Shown: piece by piece, positions 59,377 to 64,000 of the stretch | Numbering within the stretch: position 1 is the stretch's first letter | Layout: each line of letters opens with the position of its first letter | Origin: Patescibacteria group bacterium | GTDB lineage: Bacteria > Patescibacteriota > Patescibacteriia > UBA9934 | Direction of reading: 5' to 3' | Length of the DNA: 64,000 nucleotides | Assembly: GCA_041660165.1 (NCBI GenBank) | Contig: JBAZWW010000003.1 | Span: 68,352 to 132,351, forward strand | Translations under genes and position numbers: made by a program | Notes under the pieces: model-generated | What the model was told of the DNA's origin: nothing | What the model saw: the letters and a program-made list of their open reading frames with translations, nothing else | Database searches by the model: none

Positions 59377-60171
59377 ATGTCAGATTCCGTATATTTTAAC
59401 GCTGAGCTCAAGGAGCTTGCAGAAGCACTGAAAATGCTAGGGGCAACCCAAAACGCGGTTGCTTTGTACATGGCGAGTTTTACTACCGGACGTACGACGG
59501 TGGGGAAGCTGGCCAGTATCTGCCAGATGGATCGTTCCTCGGCCTATATTGCGGTCGAGCAGTTGCGAGAGCTTGGTGTGCTTGAGACTGACGAGACTTC
59601 GGCTAGAAAAACCATTCTCGCCAGGCCACCAAAGGCTGTTCTTTCGCGCTTGCGAACGGAGATGCGTCGATTGCGTCGTCAGCACGATACGATTGAAGAA
59701 TCGCTTCCCGGCCTTCTCGCCTCTTATGTAGCTCACGAGTCGAAACCGACCTTGCAGTTCTTTTCGGGCATCGAAGGTCTCCATCAGATTGCTGACGATG
59801 TACTCGAATACGGGAAGGAGGAGGTTCTCTTGTATACGAACCAGGCAACGGAAGAAAATGTTTTTAGCGAGGCTGATCACAAAGAGTTTATTGCCGAGCG
59901 TTTGCGTCGAGGGCTCTCGATCCGTGTGTTAGCGGCCGATGTACCTGAGTCGTACGAGCTTCAGAGGCGCGACAAACAGTGTCGTCGAGAGACGAGAATT
60001 GTTGATGGTGAGCCGTTTACCAGCGAAACGTATATCTATGCAGATAAAGTGGCCATGCTCAGCTTTGATAAAGAAATCATTGGTTTTGTTGTTCGCTCGA
60101 AAGACTTCGCTCAAGCCCAGCGCTGGATGTTTGAACAAATCTGGGAAAAACACGGAGGAAAAAATGCCTAA
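59377..60171 (+). CDS. TrmB-family transcriptional regulator (second copy)
   Basis: N-terminal wHTH LKELAEALKMLGATQNAVALYMASFTTGRTTVGKLA; start moved to MSDSVYF. Confidence 0.6.
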   Translation: MSDSVYFNAELKELAEALKMLGATQNAVALYMASFTTGRTTVGKLASICQMDRSSAYIAVEQLRELGVLETDETSARKTILARPPKAVLSRLRTEMRRLRRQHDTIEESLPGLLASYVAHESKPTLQFFSGIEGLHQIADDVLEYGKEEVLLYTNQATEENVFSEADHKEFIAERLRRGLSIRVLAADVPESYELQRRDKQCRRETRIVDGEPFTSETYIYADKVAMLSFDKEIIGFVVRSKDFAQAQRWMFEQIWEKHGGKNA

Positions 60172-60751
60172 ACCAGTTTTTGTCCCGCAAGTTGAACCGC
60201 GTGAGAGCGTCGAGGAACAACTCGAAAACCGTAAAGAGGAGGATCTGAACCTCCCGCACTGGAATTGGTGCGCTATCTGTTGTGTCCGCATGATCGTTCT
60301 CGGTCTCGGGTTCGAGGTTCCGGACATGATCGACATGTATAACACGGCCACCGAGAAATACGGTGTCTACAGGCTCGTCGACGGGCGGATTATCGGCGCG
60401 TATCACCGTGAGCTAGCAAGCTATGTAAAGGGCGAGTTCGGCCTCAAGGCCCGCGCTCTGCGTCGGCAATCGACTGACAACGTCGCGAGGTGGATCAGCC
60501 GAGGCTATTACTTCATCGCCTCGGTCAGCTCAGACATCCGTAAGACCGGCGCCGAGGTTCCAATCCGGCAGAACGGCCACCTCGTGCTCGTGTATGACGT
60601 CCTTGAGACATCCGAGGGACGATTCTTCATTCTCCACAACTCAGCGGGGTTTTCTCGAACGAACACCCAGTCTGAAGTCCTTGTCTCTGAAAACCGCTTC
60701 GCGCAGTGCTTCTCAGGGAACGGCCTCATCATTTCTGGCGATCATTCGTGA
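60164..60751 (+). CDS. hypothetical protein, possibly a papain-fold (C39-like) cysteine peptidase
   Basis: NWCAICCVRMIVLG (Cys) and NGHLVLVYD (His) spacing; start at MPKPVF. Confidence 0.4.
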   Translation: MPKPVFVPQVEPRESVEEQLENRKEEDLNLPHWNWCAICCVRMIVLGLGFEVPDMIDMYNTATEKYGVYRLVDGRIIGAYHRELASYVKGEFGLKARALRRQSTDNVARWISRGYYFIASVSSDIRKTGAEVPIRQNGHLVLVYDVLETSEGRFFILHNSAGFSRTNTQSEVLVSENRFAQCFSGNGLIISGDHS

Positions 60752-60781
60752 TTGCCGTGCTTACTATCGTGAACCTTATTT

Positions 60782-61729
60782 ATGACCAAGAAACGCCTTG
60801 CCATTTTAACTGGCGGGACAAGCGCTGAGCGTGACATTGCTCTGGCGTCCGCAAAAACAGTCGCTGATCTGCTTGCCGAACGGTATGACATAACCAAGTT
60901 CGATTTTCCAAGTGAGATTGACGCATTCCTAGCGCAACGAGATACCTTCGATGTCGCAATCCCCATCTTCCACGGTAAGGGCGGGGAAGACGGAACCGTG
61001 CAGGGCTTCTTGAAAACGCTCGGCGTGCCATTTCTATTCTCGGACGTCACCGCACATGCCATTGGCATGGACAAGACCTTGGCGAAAACCGTTGTGTCTA
61101 CCGTCGGTCTTCATACGCCGAGCTCGATCGTTCTGACTCGTGTTGAGTTCCTTCAGGGTGGCTCCCCCTCTTTCCAAGAGGGGGCCAGGGGGAGTCTCGG
61201 GATGGTCAGGGTGGTCAAGCCTCTGGATTCCGGCAGTACCCTCGGCATCACCATCGTCCGCTCTTCCAACGACCTACAGTCAGCCCTCGAAAACGCTTTT
61301 AAGCATTCCGATAAAGTGCTCATTGAGGATTTCATTGGAGGCGACGAATTCACCGTGGCTGTGATCGACGAACATGGCGAATCAATCGCCTTGCCCGTGA
61401 TTCAAATCGTCTCGCCGAACGGGATATACGATCACTCCGCCAAGTACGGCCCACAGCCAGCCGAGAAACTTTGCCCGGCGCCGATTAGCGAAGATCTCAC
61501 TTTACGCCTTCAAGAATCCGCCGTCACCGCGCACAAAGCCATCGGCGCCAGGCATTTGTCGCGGACAGATTTCATCGTTGACCGAGAGGGGACAATTTGG
61601 TTCCTTGAAATCAACACCATTCCCGGCCAATCCGTCTTATTTCCAAAAGCCGTAAAAGCATCAGGCCGTGATTTTGCAGAGATATTTGCCGACTGGATTG
61701 AGTCTGTCTACCTTGCCAAATCCTCCTGA
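60782..61729 (+). CDS. ddl: D-alanine--D-alanine ligase
   Basis: Ddl N-terminus RLAILTGGTSAERDIALASAK, ATP-grasp motifs, EINTIPG; carries a 39-bp in-frame insertion of element A (encoding GGSPSFQEGARGS). Confidence 0.9.
   Translation: MTKKRLAILTGGTSAERDIALASAKTVADLLAERYDITKFDFPSEIDAFLAQRDTFDVAIPIFHGKGGEDGTVQGFLKTLGVPFLFSDVTAHAIGMDKTLAKTVVSTVGLHTPSSIVLTRVEFLQGGSPSFQEGARGSLGMVRVVKPLDSGSTLGITIVRSSNDLQSALENAFKHSDKVLIEDFIGGDEFTVAVIDEHGESIALPVIQIVSPNGIYDHSAKYGPQPAEKLCPAPISEDLTLRLQESAVTAHKAIGARHLSRTDFIVDREGTIWFLEINTIPGQSVLFPKAVKASGRDFAEIFADWIESVYLAKSS
61157..61196. repeat. palindromic element A inserted in-frame in ddl
   Basis: GGTGGCTCCCCCTCTTTCCAAGAGGGGGCCAGGGGGAGTC. Confidence 0.85.
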
Positions 61730-62259
61730 CTGTAGCCTTTTGCCCTCATGCGCAGATAGAGATCAACATACTGTTTGTAGAGAGCTTCTTTGGACACGTC
61801 TGCACCCTGCTCCATGGACGTGCCTCGAATGTCATCAAAGGTGAGCGAGTATCCCGCTTCGAAAAGACATTCATCAAGGTCTGCTACGAGTCTTTGGCGG
61901 GTTCGCCGTTCTTCCTCGCTCTGCGCTTCAAGCGTTCGGTTACCGCCCCCGGGAAGCCACAGCGAAAAATTATTGAGGAGGTAGCCAGCTTTTTTCAGGG
62001 GATCAAGATTGCCAGTGTATTTTGCTAGGCCTTCTTCTATTGCAGAATCACGTTTATCCGCCGGTAGAAGCTTGAGTTCAACCAGTTTATCAACGTATTT
62101 CATTCTCGCCTCGCGTTTATGCGCCAGGAATTGCTCATAGTCCTCATCAAACGCCGGCCCAAAACTTGTCTCTTTTTCTTCTTCTCCTTTTCTCCCTTCG
62201 CTTTCTTTCATATACTCGGCATGATACTGGATCCCCCTCGCAATCGTAAACGCCTTCAT
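61708..62259 (-). CDS. hypothetical protein
   Basis: 183-aa charged ORF. Confidence 0.4.
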   Translation of the reverse strand: MKAFTIARGIQYHAEYMKESEGRKGEEEKETSFGPAFDEDYEQFLAHKREARMKYVDKLVELKLLPADKRDSAIEEGLAKYTGNLDPLKKAGYLLNNFSLWLPGGGNRTLEAQSEEERRTRQRLVADLDECLFEAGYSLTFDDIRGTSMEQGADVSKEALYKQYVDLYLRMRAKGYSQEDLAR

Positions 62260-62342
62260 GGAGTCGGGTTGTTTACATGATGATAGATCTTTTTAGTTGG
62301 CTAGTTTATAGTGGGATGTAGAGGTTAAATTAATCAATCACT

Positions 62343-62753
62343 ATGCCAGACTTTGAAGGACGGGGAGATCGATCATCACAGGCCGACACCATTGAAGCCC
62401 TGGAGTCCGGACCAATGAGGCACACTTTTGCTCATATTTTTGTTAAGACGGCCGGAGATTTGTGGGGGTTTAATCCGTCATTGAGCCAAGGGTTGAAAAA
62501 GAATTGGGAACCTAGAGAAACGGTTGATGGACTGCAGGGCAGGTTTTGGGATTCGTTAACCGCAGGAGTCCCCGCCAGTTCTATTCTGGCGGAGATTGAT
62601 CGTATCTCCGGGCACCTTTCACCCGAAGACGCAACAACAGTGCGTGAAGCTTTGCGCTTGGCTGAAGATGAATATGATGAAGCGATCAAGAATGATCCTC
62701 GCATGAGAAAACCTCCGTCCATTGTCATGCCGGATCCATACAAGCGCGCGTAA
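62343..62753 (+). CDS. hypothetical protein
   Basis: 136-aa ORF; preferred over the antisense ORF at 62432..62947. Confidence 0.4.
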   Translation: MPDFEGRGDRSSQADTIEALESGPMRHTFAHIFVKTAGDLWGFNPSLSQGLKKNWEPRETVDGLQGRFWDSLTAGVPASSILAEIDRISGHLSPEDATTVREALRLAEDEYDEAIKNDPRMRKPPSIVMPDPYKRA

Positions 62754-62814
62754 ACCCACGGTGGATCTGGGGTATTTGTTCGTTCGGTCGAGTTATCAAC
62801 ACGGTCAGGACGAT

Positions 62815-62930
62815 GTTCGTAAGGATATGTTGTAATGGAAATACCTGTTGGAGCAATCCAAAGCAAGGTGACACAAAACACGAACTCCCCATTCATTTGG
62901 CGGGTTTGTTTTTGTTTTGTGCCGGAGTGT
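62815..62930 (+). promoter_or_regulatory. conserved 5'-UTR element (copy 2)
   Basis: Homologous to 58576-58690 (ATGTTGTAATGGAAATACCTGTTGGAGCAATCCA...ACTCCCCATTCATTTGGCGGGTTTGTTTTTGTTTT). Confidence 0.35.
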
Positions 62931-62965
62931 GGGGGCTCCAAAGACAATAATTAATTGGGTAAAAT

Positions 62966-63535
62966 ATGAGAAAGATGACTGGTGCGCGTGAAGTGACGGA
63001 AACGCAGTTGATGGGCTGGGCTCATGAGGGAACGGTTGAGAGTGCCAGAAAGATTAAGGAATTCAGGGATACGAACGAGGACGACGAGCTCGAGGCCTAT
63101 GCCGAGCTGGCGTATGGCGAGGCGATCTATTTCGCTTATTCGCCCGACAATGATGAGGAAGAACGTGATTTTCTGCTCGGTCGCATGATTCACGAGGCCG
63201 AAGGGAGAATGTGTGATCTGTTTGTAAAGAAGTTTCCCTTGCAAAGAAAACAGCTTGAGGGAGATATCGAACGCGCGATTCATACAAAACTCATGAAACA
63301 GGTGTCGAAGGAAGAGAAAGATGAGTGGCAATATAACTTCAGCGAAGATTACTACACGTGGGAACGCGGGAGACTCCAGATTGTCGAAGACGAAATTGCG
63401 TATCTGGAGGTTTGGCTCAAGCAAGCCAAGCAGATGTTTGCGCTTGAGAAATATCGAGATGCACCTCAAGAAGTCTACGAGAATATCCATTCTGATGATG
63501 TCATTGATCCGTTTGAGGGGGAAGAAGAGAACTGA
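62966..63535 (+). CDS. acidic hypothetical protein
   Basis: 189 aa, rich in Glu/Asp/Tyr; preferred over the antisense 225-aa ORF. Confidence 0.45.
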   Translation: MRKMTGAREVTETQLMGWAHEGTVESARKIKEFRDTNEDDELEAYAELAYGEAIYFAYSPDNDEEERDFLLGRMIHEAEGRMCDLFVKKFPLQRKQLEGDIERAIHTKLMKQVSKEEKDEWQYNFSEDYYTWERGRLQIVEDEIAYLEVWLKQAKQMFALEKYRDAPQEVYENIHSDDVIDPFEGEEEN

Positions 63536-63545
63536 TGCGACGCGC

Positions 63546-63604
63546 GACTCCCCCGTAGCCCCCTCTTGGAAAGAGGGGGAGCGCACACCCTGACAGCACG
63601 CACC
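63546..63604. repeat. palindromic element A (inverted orientation, left flank of DUF559 gene 2)
   Basis: GACTCCCCCGTAGCCCCCTCTTGGAAAGAGGGGGAGCGCACACC..GCACGCACC is the reverse complement of element A. Confidence 0.8.
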
Positions 63605-63607
63605 ACT

Positions 63608-64000
63608 ATGACGGAAATATTCAACCAAAAATGGAGCCTGGAGAGGCGCAGAGATTTACGAAATGGAATGACCAAACCGGAGATCTTGCTGTGGTTAGCT
63701 ATCAAGGCAGATCAACTTGGCGTTCGTTTTAGAAGGCAGTACGGAATTGGTCGGTACATAACCGATTTTTATGTCCCGCGATTACGACTCGTGGTTGAAT
63801 TGGACGGCTCGCAGCATTACACCCCGGAAGGTAGGCGATATGATGAGATTCGAACCAAATCTTTCGAAAGCATCGGCATCCAGGTCATCCGTTTCGCAAA
63901 CGACGAAGTTTGCAGAAATCTGCACGGCGTTCTTCAGCGTCTCCGCATTGCGATAGCGGACCGTCAGAATGGTCAGGTGCGTTCCCCCTCTTTCCAAGAG
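63608..64000 (+). CDS. DUF559 (Vsr/restriction-endonuclease-like) domain protein, 3'-truncated by the window end
   Basis: ATG at 63608; MTEIFNQKWSLERRRDLR...FRRQYGIGRYITDFY...VVELDG, homologous to the protein at 38015; the ORF continues into element A (…QNGQVRSPSFQE). Confidence 0.6.
   Translation, partial: MTEIFNQKWSLERRRDLRNGMTKPEILLWLAIKADQLGVRFRRQYGIGRYITDFYVPRLRLVVELDGSQHYTPEGRRYDEIRTKSFESIGIQVIRFANDEVCRNLHGVLQRLRIAIADRQNGQVRSPSFQE
63976..64000. repeat. palindromic element A (forward orientation, right flank of DUF559 gene 2; truncated by the window end)
   Basis: GGTGCGTTCCCCCTCTTTCCAAGAG. Confidence 0.8.

Noticed and set aside
62951-63628. A 225-aa minus-strand ORF
   Set aside because: It is antisense to a better acidic plus-strand ORF (62966..63535). 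Its N-terminus is just element A read in reverse (…SPSFQEG…), and its composition is poor.

Overview
The window is about 50% GC and gene-dense. Its gene content fits a Gram-positive-type, reduced-genome bacterium of the Patescibacteria/CPR kind (inference). Evidence for that: six tandem TrbC/VirB2-like pilin paralogs, a 2696-aa repetitive surface protein, cell-wall genes (ddl, SpoIID/LytB, LytR_C, Wzx flippase, O-antigen ligase, galU), ruvB, and no outer-membrane machinery. Four tRNAs are present (Ser-CGA, Leu-TAA, Gly-GCC, Leu-TAG). I found no CRISPR array, rRNA, integrase or transposase.

The most unusual content is a set of short GC-rich palindromic hairpin elements, at least four families, sitting in-frame inside coding sequences: ddl, both ATP-citrate-lyase-like genes, CapA, the HAD-GNAT gene, an O-antigen ligase and a lamin-tail-domain surface protein. 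Both DUF559 endonuclease-like genes in the window are bracketed by inverted copies of family A. That suggests a DUF559-borne homing or mobile cassette with MITE-like solo derivatives.

Other points of interest:
- Two paired GHKL-ATPase plus STAS-like (DUF4325) modules.
- A roughly 3.7-kb GC-rich (about 62-66%) island encoding secreted and polytopic membrane proteins, placed between the pilin array and the glycan genes.
- A two-subunit ATP-citrate-lyase-like pair.
- An AAA(DUF4143) plus CYTH gene pair.
- A RelE/RHH toxin-antitoxin module beside tRNA-Leu.
- Two homologous 5'-UTR RNA-like elements.

All protein-family calls come from motif recognition by eye, with no database search.
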